Positions 17,930 to 27,349 of a stretch of DNA of 64,000 nt are shown piece by piece; the stretch's first letter is position 1, and each line of letters opens with the position of its first letter. Source of the DNA: a virus; the IMG/VR virus record IMGVR_UViG_3300047483_000174, positions 49,051-113,050 of that record. The stretch is one strand, 5' to 3'. The position numbers were made by a program, and so were the translations under genes. The notes below the pieces were generated by a model that searched no databases, was not told the origin of the DNA, and saw nothing but the letters and a program-made list of their open reading frames with translations.

Positions 17930-18498
17930 TTTTTCTTCTCCCCAGAAATAACAGATTTACTACTGCCTTCTTCAGTTGACATTTGTGGTTGTGCTTTGTC
18001 TTTTGGTGGTTTTACACTCAATGCATTTACGACTTCAACAGTGTTTCTTTTTGATAGAGATTTTAGGAATTTTGTTACAAACTCACGGCCATAGTTCTCT
18101 CCATTATCCGACTTATCATCGTATGGAGTATCAAGCAACGCTGGCTTGTCTTCTTTCACTTCAATTTCTTCTTGTGGAGACCATCCCTCTGGGTGTATAA
18201 GAATGTGAGTGATATTCATAGGTATCAAATCGGATAGTTGCTGTCTCAAAATATCGGCAGCAATTGGATATCCAGTTGTGATATCAATCTTTGAAACTTC
18301 TACGTTTTCAACTTCCTTGAAGAAAAGTGGGTTCTTTGAAATAGGTGTCACCGACACACTTGACATTGTTCGTAGGTCATATTTTCCCAAAAATCTTTCA
18401 ATGCGGTCAACGTCATGTTCATCCAACTTACACGCAAAACGCAGTGTAAACTTGTATTCCTTAGCGGACTCTGCCAGAAATTGCTCAAATTTTTTCAT
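17926..18498 (-). CDS. Hypothetical late protein (MKKFEQFLAES...)
   Basis: 190 aa, GGAG RBS, late promoter ATAAATA 18532-18526. Confidence 0.75.
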   Translation of the reverse strand: MKKFEQFLAESAKEYKFTLRFACKLDEHDVDRIERFLGKYDLRTMSSVSVTPISKNPLFFKEVENVEVSKIDITTGYPIAADILRQQLSDLIPMNITHILIHPEGWSPQEEIEVKEDKPALLDTPYDDKSDNGENYGREFVTKFLKSLSKRNTVEVVNALSVKPPKDKAQPQMSTEEGSSKSVISGEKKK

Positions 18499-18524
18499 AG
18501 GTTAGTCTCCAAATGCATATACTC

Positions 18525-19034
18525 TTATTTATCATCTTGGAGATTTTTACTCGCAGATGCAATACGGCGCATCAATTCATTACGGTCAATCACAACTGAC
18601 CCTTCTGATTCTATCTCATTTGAATCTTTGACCTTGTTTTCTTCTTTTTCTATGGCATGGTCAAGTCTTGCTTTTTGCAACTGTAGATTGATCATACGTA
18701 GCTTTCGGTCAACTTTACTGTCTTTGGCTTCCATGGCAGTTTTCAACATAACAGCAGCGGTTTCCATAATCTTTGCGCCAGCATGAACTTCTACATTCAT
18801 GCCAAGAGTAACGAGTTCATCAAATGTTTTCATTGCCTTTTTGTGAATCTCGTCCATATCTCTGTCATGTTCATTCAAATCTCTTACGACTGGCAGTGCC
18901 GCATCAATCTTATCGGTTTCTGATAGAGTTTCAGTGAGTGCTTCAATCATATTTGTTGAGGTTTCAATGTCAACTACATCGTCTTCATCATCGGCTGATG
19001 GCAAGTTGAATACTTCTTCCAATTTTTTGGTCAT
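18525..19034 (-). CDS. Probable terminase small subunit (gp16-like)
   Basis: MTKKLEEVFNL start, helical core DEIHKKAMKTFDELVTLGMNV, C-terminal VVIDRNELM; adjacent to the head-completion nuclease. Confidence 0.6.
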   Translation of the reverse strand: MTKKLEEVFNLPSADDEDDVVDIETSTNMIEALTETLSETDKIDAALPVVRDLNEHDRDMDEIHKKAMKTFDELVTLGMNVEVHAGAKIMETAAVMLKTAMEAKDSKVDRKLRMINLQLQKARLDHAIEKEENKVKDSNEIESEGSVVIDRNELMRRIASASKNLQDDK

Positions 19035-19483
19035 TTTATTTTCCTTGGTTTTGGTTTCTTTGTATTCATATATATATCATTTTCATTTATCACTCTAAAC
19101 TTCATACCTCGTTTTGCCGCCCATTTTACCGCAGCGTCCCATTTTGCAAGATTGATTGCAGTTTGTGCTTGCTGTCCTTTTGTTCTTGCAAGCATAGGGT
19201 CTGATTGGTTGGCGGGTTTGATTTCTATAAGTTCTGCATGTTTCTTTTTGTTCTTGTCCATATAAACAACTATGAAATCTGGAATGTATGTAGACATCTT
19301 CCCCGTAAGAGGATGAGTATAATTTATTGACACGGGTTCAGATGCCCACGAAATTATGTTTGGGTTGTTGTCACAAAACTGCATAAAGGTCAACTCCCAT
19401 CCACTTCGGTATGTAGGAGTTCCAACCCCGGCATATTTACTCTCATTGATTACAGTATATTTGCCTTGGGTGTATTTGCTCAT
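19031..19483 (-). CDS. gp4: Head completion nuclease, T4 gp4-like (TnsA-like PD-(D/E)xK)
   Basis: YRSGWE..FM..CD.NP.I..WASE, YIPDF, IEIKP motifs. Confidence 0.88.
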   Translation of the reverse strand: MSKYTQGKYTVINESKYAGVGTPTYRSGWELTFMQFCDNNPNIISWASEPVSINYTHPLTGKMSTYIPDFIVVYMDKNKKKHAELIEIKPANQSDPMLARTKGQQAQTAINLAKWDAAVKWAAKRGMKFRVINENDIYMNTKKPKPRKIK

Positions 19484-19740
19484 AATAGAATGTTTCTATC
19501 AAGTATTGACTTTTTTGGTTTTTTCATTACACCCGTGGCGACACCGTTATAGTGAGCCTGAATGTTATCTGAAACACCAAGGTCTGCAAATGTAAAGTAT
19601 GTTGAAAGGTTATCAACCAATTCTGAAACAGGAATATCAATAGATTTAGATGTCGAAAGTATGTAACCAGCATACTTCTTCGCTTTGGTATCAGTGAAGC
19701 CTCTGCGCTTCAATAGTGCTACGATTACATCTATGTCCAT
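19480..19740 (-). CDS. Hypothetical protein
   Basis: 86-aa ORF coupled to its neighbours in the late operon. Confidence 0.65.
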   Translation of the reverse strand: MDIDVIVALLKRRGFTDTKAKKYAGYILSTSKSIDIPVSELVDNLSTYFTFADLGVSDNIQAHYNGVATGVMKKPKKSILDRNILL

Positions 19741-19745
19741 AGTTC

Positions 19746-20453
19746 TTACCTCGGTGCGTTGGTCCTGTTAGATTCGGCAAGAGTTTGAACGCCTTCGGAA
19801 ATCCAACCTGGTATTGCTTCTGGTTTTGCCTGAGAATCAATGATTATATTTTCAGGTTGCAATGTCATTGTAATAGTTCTAACTTCGGAAGTAGAATAAT
19901 CGTGGTTAGAAAATGATATTGCAGTAACTAAAGGATTAGATAATGATATCTTATGTTTTATACTATCCTTATAAAGAGAACCAAAATGATAAATGTTTAT
20001 TTGTGTAAAGTAATGATTTTGTGGTTGTATAACACTACCCTTGTTTTTCAATCCATAATTGGAATGATCGCTTATAGCAGTATTGACTTCTACTGTCTTG
20101 TTTGTGTTATTTTTGAAACCATACTCATATATTTGAGAAACCAAATCAAAAATTTTACCATCTACTGTATCATATAACACAATGGTAACTGGTGAAAAGT
20201 CAACTCTCTGTGGCACATAAATGCGTTTTCCATATTGGTCATAGCTGGCATTTGTAACATCAATTTGAACTTCTGACACTGTTTTTACACTTCTTGAGTA
20301 TAAATTAGTTTGATTTCCAGAATTGGTATATAATTCCAAATACCACATGTCTGTCATTTTTGGAGTTGCTTTTATGTCATTTGAGCCAGTCGAATTACCG
20401 ACCAGCCCAAATCTATGTAGTGCATTTCCACTGCCAACTAAAAAATTACTCAT
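19746..20453 (-). CDS. Tail-tube-like protein (baseplate tube initiator, gp48/gp54-type)
   Basis: Tube-fold-like motifs (VDFSPVTIVLYD; TAISFSNHDYSTSEVRTITMTLQPE) paralleling the adjacent gp19. Confidence 0.6.
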   Translation of the reverse strand: MSNFLVGSGNALHRFGLVGNSTGSNDIKATPKMTDMWYLELYTNSGNQTNLYSRSVKTVSEVQIDVTNASYDQYGKRIYVPQRVDFSPVTIVLYDTVDGKIFDLVSQIYEYGFKNNTNKTVEVNTAISDHSNYGLKNKGSVIQPQNHYFTQINIYHFGSLYKDSIKHKISLSNPLVTAISFSNHDYSTSEVRTITMTLQPENIIIDSQAKPEAIPGWISEGVQTLAESNRTNAPR

Positions 20454-20465
20454 TTACGTTGCTTG

Positions 20466-21074
20466 TTACTGAGGACCGAAATCGTTTGTTGGGTATATTG
20501 ATGTATCTGATGTAAATTGTGTTTCGCCCAACAGGCAGTTGTCAAAACGAACAGTCAACGTAATTTGAACTGGATCAGATGAAGTGTAATCGGTCTGCCC
20601 GTAATCAACGTTTTGAATAAAGCAGCCCTCTAGTGAAAATACTTCAACTGGGGTTTTGCTATTACCATCCAATGTTTCTACAAACATGTTGAATTTGTAA
20701 TCGTCTCCAGCTTTGAACCCGCCAGTTGGCGACTTTTGCTGACGGTGGTCCATTTGACGTTGAATTTGACTACCAACCAACTTGGTTAGGTTGTTTGAAA
20801 TGTCATCTCGTAGGACAACGGTAACTGCTTCCCAGGTGTGCTTACCAGCAATATATGCTTTTGAGTTGTATGAATCTAATACTACTTCTTCGTGGTTTAG
20901 TTTTGGACGAGTAACGTTCATGACTTGACGAGTGAATTCATTTGTTACATTGGCACCGCCAAGACCAAATCGTGTAACCCTAACTCTAAAACGATAATTT
21001 AGTTTTGGTTGAAGAATACCAGAGCCAGATGTTGAAAATCCAATTGGAACTCCAAAATTTTGTAATGTTGACAT
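20466..21074 (-). CDS. gp19: Tail tube protein (gp19-like); likely start MSTLQNFG at 21074
   Basis: KLNYRFRV, GKHTWEAVTVVLRDD, EGCFIQNVDYG...TVRFDN; directly downstream of the sheath gene. Confidence 0.85.
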   Translation of the reverse strand: MSTLQNFGVPIGFSTSGSGILQPKLNYRFRVRVTRFGLGGANVTNEFTRQVMNVTRPKLNHEEVVLDSYNSKAYIAGKHTWEAVTVVLRDDISNNLTKLVGSQIQRQMDHRQQKSPTGGFKAGDDYKFNMFVETLDGNSKTPVEVFSLEGCFIQNVDYGQTDYTSSDPVQITLTVRFDNCLLGETQFTSDTSIYPTNDFGPQ

Positions 21075-21168
21075 GTGTTGTCTCCTGTAAATAATATACA
21101 AAGTATTTCTTTGCTATAAGTATTTATCCGAAACCACTATTATTATATGCAGATATTATGTTTCGAAT

Positions 21169-21196
21169 AAAAAAACCCCGCCGAAGCGGGGTTTTT
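21169..21196 (-). terminator. Terminator after the sheath gene
   Basis: AACCCCGC-UUCG-GCGGGGUU with U-tract. Confidence 0.9.
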
Positions 21197-21202
21197 ATTA
21201 TA

Positions 21203-23884
21203 TTATAGTGTTTCGCCAGTGTTACGAATACGTAGTGGAATATAGATAAATTCAACAGATTTTACTGGTTGAATTGCAACATCTACCCACAATTCGTTTC
21301 TATCGATACGTGCTGGGGTGTTATTTGTATCATCACACACAACCGCATAATCATATAGACCACGCTGTGAAACAAGTGTAGCACAGAAACGGTCAACCGC
21401 AGTTCGTATGTTGTCACGGGTAAATTCATCATTTTGTTCAAATAGGAAACCACGTGATAGTAGGTCCAAATTGTAACGCATGTAGTTTACAAGACGTGCT
21501 ACGTTGATACGGTCCATTGCTGATGAGAAACCCTGTAGGGTCTTTTGTCCATAAACTACCAATCCTTGATTTGGAAGGTCTGCGATTGGGTTCATACGTG
21601 CAGTATACATTACGTCACGCTGTCCTTCTGATAGACGGACTCTTACAAACTCATTGCTTGAATTTACGTATCCAACCTGTGAAGCGTTTGACACAACACC
21701 ACGTGTTAGACCCGCTGGAGCAAACCATGGGAAGGAAACGTTATCGGAATATGCGATAGTGCGTAGTGCAACCGCCGATGCTGGAATAACAACGTCATTT
21801 CCTTTTAGGTCAGTTGATAGACCATGTGGATAATATACGCCAGAATATGAATCGCCAGATAGATTTGCATCCGCCCATGCCTTGATTGCAGTTGTAGTGC
21901 CTTCAAGGGTTAGAGGTGCATCACCGATAACAAACGCAATTTCTTTTTTGTCTTTGTTTAGGGTAATCATCTCGTCCATCATCTCTGGGTAACCAGGTGC
22001 TGCGATTAGGTTGAAGTAAACTGATTCGGCACGAATACCATCGTTTGCTGCAAGTGCTGATTGCATTGCTTCAACTACCATAGCACGTTGCGCTGCTGCA
22101 CCAAAGTGCGCTGAACCGTCTGCATTACTTCCTGATACCCATTCCCATGCTCCATCAACATACTTCTTGACGTTGTATGTTGAATAGTCCATATTTACCA
22201 TTAGAATGTTCTCTGGTAGTAGTTCTGGATTTGCTGCTTTTGGATGAACTGTGCGATTCACAGAGAAACCATCCGCATCAAATGGCTCAACTGGGGAATA
22301 GTTACTGAAAATCACACCGTTGGTTGATGTTTGGTCAGCGTTGTCCAGTTTTACCCAAACTTCTTCTGCTTCATTATAGATATAGATTTCTGGATATGGA
22401 TTTGAATTTGACTTTACCCACATGTCGCCATCTACAAGTGCTGATAGGCCATCTTTTCTTTTTACTGGTTCTGAAGCTCTTAGTTGAAGTTCAGCTTGTG
22501 ACAGACCGTCTGCGTCTTCGGACCAAGCATATGGAACCCAAGTTAGTTCAGACCCATCATATTCGTTACGTAGGATTTCTATTTTCAAATCAGAGTTGAA
22601 CCATAGAGTTCCTTCTTCAACAGTTCCATTTGGCTGGACTGATGATGCTTCGTATGATAGATTTTCCCAAACTGATGCAACGATCACAGATTGGTCAAAA
22701 CCAAAGTCAACGTAGCCGGAGTTGAACTCAATGTTTAGTTCGCGGCCATCAGTTTTTGTGAAACGAATACGGTTTGCACCAACTTTTTCTACTCTTACGT
22801 TTGCGCTGTTTAGAGTTGAGTTACCCTGTAACTGAACAATAACATCACTTAGTGAAGCGTTTGAGAAGTTGAAGGTTACACCCTCAATTGTAACTACCGC
22901 AGTGATACTTGATACCGATGGGAAAGCACCTGTTGTAATGGTAGTGGTTTGAGCGCCACTATGACGACGAAGTTCAATAAATCCTAGTTCAGAATTGTAA
23001 CGAGCATATACATCGCCAGAATCAATTAGGTCAACAAGTGCTAGGTCATCACTTGCATAGGTTTCAACTTGTAGCGAAACAAAGCCGCCAACATTTGAAC
23101 TATACATATTTACTGCTAGGTCAACACCACCACCCTGCTTTGCAAGACGGACATAGGTATCGTTTACCGATAGAGAACCACCATCTGAATTTTGGGTAGG
23201 AGCGAATTTTGAGAATTGGAAATCTGGCGAACCGATGTCACCAAGTAGAACCCAGTTTGAACCTATTTTTTTGTAGTATCCAATCTTTTCAGATGACGTT
23301 ACAACCGCGAAGTCACCGGCTGATCCGAATGTATTGATTGGCTGCGCGAAACCGTCAACGTTTACACTATCAACGTTTCCTGTTCCTGGTTCATCCGATA
23401 GAACAAAAGGAGATGTTGCCACCCACTTTGCGCCATCCCATACGAATAGACCGAACTCGGATGACGAAACATCATGCCAGTATGTTCCATTTGCAACTGG
23501 ACCCGCTGGTTCAACAGTGTTTGACTCTAGCTGTGCAAGGTCAATGTCTGCGCGAATTACATATGCGTTTGATGAAACGCCCAAGTATTGATATGCAGCT
23601 AGTAGACCATATTCGTTTAGTTCCGAACCTTGAACCACTGCGCCGCCAACTTCATAGAAAGTTGGTGTTCCAAATGTTGAAACTAGTTCGCGCTGTGAGG
23701 CTACAAGATATGCTACGCCCGCATTGGTAGGAATAGTGCCTGATGCAATTGCGGTTCCTGATGCATCAAATTTGTTACTACGAGTAGCAACTACGATTAG
23801 AGGTAGGGTTCCTTGGGTCGCTGAAACGTATTGTGCCTCATCAACCACCATTACGGAAACTCCTGGGGATACTAAAGTAGCCAT
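21203..23884 (-). CDS. gp18: Tail sheath protein (gp18-like) with large insertion
   Basis: LVSPGVSV N-terminus; WFAPAGLTRG, RINVARL, FLFEQND, VCDDTNNTP..IDRNELWVDVAIQPVKSVEFIYI C-terminus. Confidence 0.95.
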   Translation of the reverse strand: MATLVSPGVSVMVVDEAQYVSATQGTLPLIVVATRSNKFDASGTAIASGTIPTNAGVAYLVASQRELVSTFGTPTFYEVGGAVVQGSELNEYGLLAAYQYLGVSSNAYVIRADIDLAQLESNTVEPAGPVANGTYWHDVSSSEFGLFVWDGAKWVATSPFVLSDEPGTGNVDSVNVDGFAQPINTFGSAGDFAVVTSSEKIGYYKKIGSNWVLLGDIGSPDFQFSKFAPTQNSDGGSLSVNDTYVRLAKQGGGVDLAVNMYSSNVGGFVSLQVETYASDDLALVDLIDSGDVYARYNSELGFIELRRHSGAQTTTITTGAFPSVSSITAVVTIEGVTFNFSNASLSDVIVQLQGNSTLNSANVRVEKVGANRIRFTKTDGRELNIEFNSGYVDFGFDQSVIVASVWENLSYEASSVQPNGTVEEGTLWFNSDLKIEILRNEYDGSELTWVPYAWSEDADGLSQAELQLRASEPVKRKDGLSALVDGDMWVKSNSNPYPEIYIYNEAEEVWVKLDNADQTSTNGVIFSNYSPVEPFDADGFSVNRTVHPKAANPELLPENILMVNMDYSTYNVKKYVDGAWEWVSGSNADGSAHFGAAAQRAMVVEAMQSALAANDGIRAESVYFNLIAAPGYPEMMDEMITLNKDKKEIAFVIGDAPLTLEGTTTAIKAWADANLSGDSYSGVYYPHGLSTDLKGNDVVIPASAVALRTIAYSDNVSFPWFAPAGLTRGVVSNASQVGYVNSSNEFVRVRLSEGQRDVMYTARMNPIADLPNQGLVVYGQKTLQGFSSAMDRINVARLVNYMRYNLDLLSRGFLFEQNDEFTRDNIRTAVDRFCATLVSQRGLYDYAVVCDDTNNTPARIDRNELWVDVAIQPVKSVEFIYIPLRIRNTGETL

Positions 23885-23975
23885 TCTGTCTCTCCTTTAT
23901 AATTATGAATTGCTAATAGTATTTAGCGAAAAATACAAAAAAGAGACAGAATTTTTATTATGTTGGTAGTTTATG

Positions 23976-24482
23976 TTACTTCAAAGAAGATATATAGCCC
24001 ATCAAAGCATTGACGTTGAAGTGCAAATCTTCTAAAGTTCCGTTATTATCAATAGTAAAGTCAGCCATCCACTGTTCAAGACTCATACTTTCTTTCGCCT
24101 CTGGTAGCAAAAAGTCAGAACGGTCCACCCAGATAGCATAGTCAAATACACCAGTATTCTTCATGGCATGAAACTCTTTTTTGTTTCGTAGGCCACAATA
24201 AATATCGTGCTCTTTGAATATCTCTCTGCCAAGTTTAGCAGGATCGGGAATGTTATAGTCACAAATGGCATTATACCATTCTGCTCTGTGATTGTGTCTG
24301 TCGGCGTAACATTCTTCTTCATTCTTATACCCATAGGTATCTTTTAGCATATCAAAAATGAATAGTTTTGAACAGAACTGGCTACTGCTTTCAAAACTAT
24401 ATCCATATTCTCTTGCTAAAATATCACAAACAGTATCCTTGCCATGTCTTCCATGGCCAATAACCAAAAGTTTTGGCTTCAC
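23976..24482 (-). CDS. Deoxynucleoside monophosphate kinase-like P-loop protein
   Basis: LLVIGHGRHGKDTV P-loop; ADFTIDNNGTLEDL C-terminal motif as in T4 gp1-type kinases. Confidence 0.7.
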   Translation of the reverse strand: MKPKLLVIGHGRHGKDTVCDILAREYGYSFESSSQFCSKLFIFDMLKDTYGYKNEEECYADRHNHRAEWYNAICDYNIPDPAKLGREIFKEHDIYCGLRNKKEFHAMKNTGVFDYAIWVDRSDFLLPEAKESMSLEQWMADFTIDNNGTLEDLHFNVNALMGYISSLK

Positions 24483-24504
24483 GTATTACTCCATTATTGT
24501 TATG

Positions 24505-25254
24505 TTATCCGATAGTAAATCCAAGCGGAGCGGAACCATCAATGTAGTTGGTAAGGTCCAATTCCAACTTTTCAATCATCGCATCTGCTTCATTTTTCAT
24601 TTCAACACCATTCAGAGTCACACCACCCGAACCACTTGGCAGGGATGAAAACTTTGAACGTGCTTCACCAATCATTTTCTTGCAATATGCAGTGGCATAA
24701 TCTCTTACCCACGACTTCAAATAACGGTCTTCAAGAAGTTGGTCATCGCCACGTTCCAAGAATACATGAAGCAATACAACCTCGTCTGCCCGCATACGTC
24801 TCATTAGCTTTATCTTGTGCGATGATGGATTCCAGTTGAACCCAATATCGGTAGCCGCAATACGGTTTAGAGATTCACGATATTGCGCAAAGAAGTCGTA
24901 GGTTGCGAGTCCACCAATATGGTTGTTCATAAAGAAATATGAGTTTGCATATGCAAGTTCGAATGGGTCCATATCAGGTCCACCAGATATACCATGCCCA
25001 AATGAACGGTTCCATATCTGTCTAACTTCTATGATTTCTTCTGGAAGTGTATATTCGTCTACATCTTCCTTGAGTTGAAGTGTGTAGAAATCTTCCTCAA
25101 CTGCATTTTCTGAACGTTGTCGTATCTTGCCAAGTGCTATGTCCACTGCCAAATCGTAGTGGTCTGGGTCAAGTTCAATATCTATCATTCCGTCACCAAG
25201 CAGAAGTTTTATCTGCTTGATGATGTTGTTTCTTACTTTGTTTCGGTCACTCAT
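24505..25254 (-). CDS. gp13: Neck protein / head-tail adaptor (gp13-like)
   Basis: LGDGMIDIELDPDHY, WVRDYATAYCKKMIGEARSKF, GGVTLNG. Confidence 0.88.
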   Translation of the reverse strand: MSDRNKVRNNIIKQIKLLLGDGMIDIELDPDHYDLAVDIALGKIRQRSENAVEEDFYTLQLKEDVDEYTLPEEIIEVRQIWNRSFGHGISGGPDMDPFELAYANSYFFMNNHIGGLATYDFFAQYRESLNRIAATDIGFNWNPSSHKIKLMRRMRADEVVLLHVFLERGDDQLLEDRYLKSWVRDYATAYCKKMIGEARSKFSSLPSGSGGVTLNGVEMKNEADAMIEKLELDLTNYIDGSAPLGFTIG

Positions 25255-25281
25255 TATATGCCCTCCAATATGTAGTATTTA

Positions 25282-26541
25282 TCAGAAGACTTTTACAATC
25301 ACAATCTGGTCACTGAACCTACCATTCATTTTGGTTTCTACGCTCTTGATTGCTTCAAATGCGGCTGGTAGAGCACGGCGAGTGACTTTTTTGAACGGAG
25401 CAAGTTGCTCTACTGGCTTACGCAGAGTCTTTTGAACACTCTTGTCTTCGTCAAACCCAACAAGAGAAGCACCTTTGATAGTGAATCCAGCCGCATCTTG
25501 GGCAATATAGATTCCAAGTTTCCGCGTCTTCACATTGTAAACCAATGCCGCGACCGCACCAAGAAGATCAATAGGTTTAGCACTCACCAGTTTTGTTTCT
25601 TCGTGAGAAACACAATACTTGATACCAGTTACAAGTTTTTCTTTACTCACTGGTTTCTTTTTACGAGGCGCACGATTTACCTTGCCTTCGTTTACAATCA
25701 TTTCACAAGCATCGAGAACACTTCGGAACAACGCAACGTAAGCATCAATCTCTGCCTTTTTCAGATGATTGTATCCTTCCTTCAACTGCTCATAGTCTGC
25801 CTTCTTTTCGGCGGTCATACGAGCGGGCGGATTAGTCAGTTCGATCAACTCATCATACTCTTTCTTGTAGAGTTTCATGATGATGTTGGCATGTAGAGGC
25901 TTTGCTTCATTTTTCCGAAGAATTCCAAGAGGATCGAAATCCCGAAGCGATGTTTTTTTGTAGTCAAATCCGTCAATAAACGTTTCAAGTTCCTCGGTCA
26001 TCGCAAACGCTTTTTCACGTGTCAGTTCCTGAACTGACTGTTTCGGAACATCCTTCTTAGGCTCTTTTTCTTCCTTTTCAACCTTTATAGTTGTGGACTT
26101 TGACAGGTATTCTTTGATTTTTCCAATAACATATTCTTTTGCATTTGGAACTGCTGTGTCAGAAACCCCAGGAAGTGTGGACAAGTAATCCTTCATTCCC
26201 ACATGTTCTTCTGGCATACCCTTGATGAGAGCACGACAATATGAACAAACTGTCATACTTACATATGAATCAGGGACAGAACGAACCGCAGAAATCTCGT
26301 CTTTTTTGTATCCTGCCCGCTTCATCCATTCCAGCACCCAAGGCTTTCCTTCCTTCTGAGTGTAGAAATAGTTGTAATAGAACGTAGTGCGAACTCGTTC
26401 TTTGTAGTATTGGCTTGCGGGCCAAGATTCGGCATTGTCCCATTCTGGTTCTGGACCAGTAAACTTTTCGTCAACAAACTTTGGTGTCCGAATAGTTTGT
26501 TTTTTCTTTTTCGGCATTACGCTACGTGCTACACGGGCCAT
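25282..26541 (-). CDS. Hypothetical protein
   Basis: 419-aa basic ORF with GGAG RBS; no family recognised. Confidence 0.75.
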   Translation of the reverse strand: MARVARSVMPKKKKQTIRTPKFVDEKFTGPEPEWDNAESWPASQYYKERVRTTFYYNYFYTQKEGKPWVLEWMKRAGYKKDEISAVRSVPDSYVSMTVCSYCRALIKGMPEEHVGMKDYLSTLPGVSDTAVPNAKEYVIGKIKEYLSKSTTIKVEKEEKEPKKDVPKQSVQELTREKAFAMTEELETFIDGFDYKKTSLRDFDPLGILRKNEAKPLHANIIMKLYKKEYDELIELTNPPARMTAEKKADYEQLKEGYNHLKKAEIDAYVALFRSVLDACEMIVNEGKVNRAPRKKKPVSKEKLVTGIKYCVSHEETKLVSAKPIDLLGAVAALVYNVKTRKLGIYIAQDAAGFTIKGASLVGFDEDKSVQKTLRKPVEQLAPFKKVTRRALPAAFEAIKSVETKMNGRFSDQIVIVKVF

Positions 26542-26576
26542 AGATTTCTCCTAAGAATCTCTTCGACTCATGTATA

Positions 26577-27287
26577 TCACAACCAGTCCATAGAGTCAAT
26601 AGCTACAAAGTCAGTATTTTTGTCCAACTCTTTCACTCTCGGTAGTATTTCCTCTAACAGAACGTTTATGAGCAAGGCACTTCGGTATCGGTCACTGTTA
26701 TTTGGCATTGTGCTATGAAGAGTTCTGCCATCATACATCAATACGTCACCCGCATTTGATACAAACTGTTGGCCGTGAGTGACTAAAAGTTCATTATACT
26801 CCTGTCGGTTTTCCTCCAAATCTCTAAAGTCTATCATCATTTGATGCGATGATGGAAGAAACGCGGTAGCACCATTTTCAAGTGTGAAGTCATCAAGTGG
26901 AATGATTATCTGAACACCAAGTGTCCTGTCAACCGCCGCAAACTCCTCAAAGCGATAAGGGGTATCAATGTGAGCATATAGTTTAGAACTATGCGGGCGA
27001 GTTGTGATACAATCCACACAATGAACTGCCCAAGGTCCATCAAAAAACATATCTATTTGTGGAGTCAACATTCTGACGATTGGAAGCCACATTTCCATCG
27101 GTGGTTGCTTTGTCCACCACACATCGTATTTTCTATCCCCATCATGCTCTGCATAATAGTTTCCATCCACGCCATTTCCACGATGAATGTTATGAGGATT
27201 TCTTGCGAACAGTCTAAACTGTTCAATTGTCATTTGTGGTAGAATATTTGATAATGTCAAATATCCATCGCCTGATACTGAAACCAT
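26577..27287 (-). CDS. 2OG-Fe(II) dioxygenase, PhyH-like
   Basis: HID (HxD) motif, DDFTLENGAT..LPSSH, GDVLMYDGRTLHSTMPN, distal R. Confidence 0.85.
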   Translation of the reverse strand: MVSVSGDGYLTLSNILPQMTIEQFRLFARNPHNIHRGNGVDGNYYAEHDGDRKYDVWWTKQPPMEMWLPIVRMLTPQIDMFFDGPWAVHCVDCITTRPHSSKLYAHIDTPYRFEEFAAVDRTLGVQIIIPLDDFTLENGATAFLPSSHQMMIDFRDLEENRQEYNELLVTHGQQFVSNAGDVLMYDGRTLHSTMPNNSDRYRSALLINVLLEEILPRVKELDKNTDFVAIDSMDWL

Positions 27288-27349
27288 TTGTAACCTCCTA
27301 TAAATGATTTATTATATGATAAATACAGTAATAATGCAAGGGGAATGTC

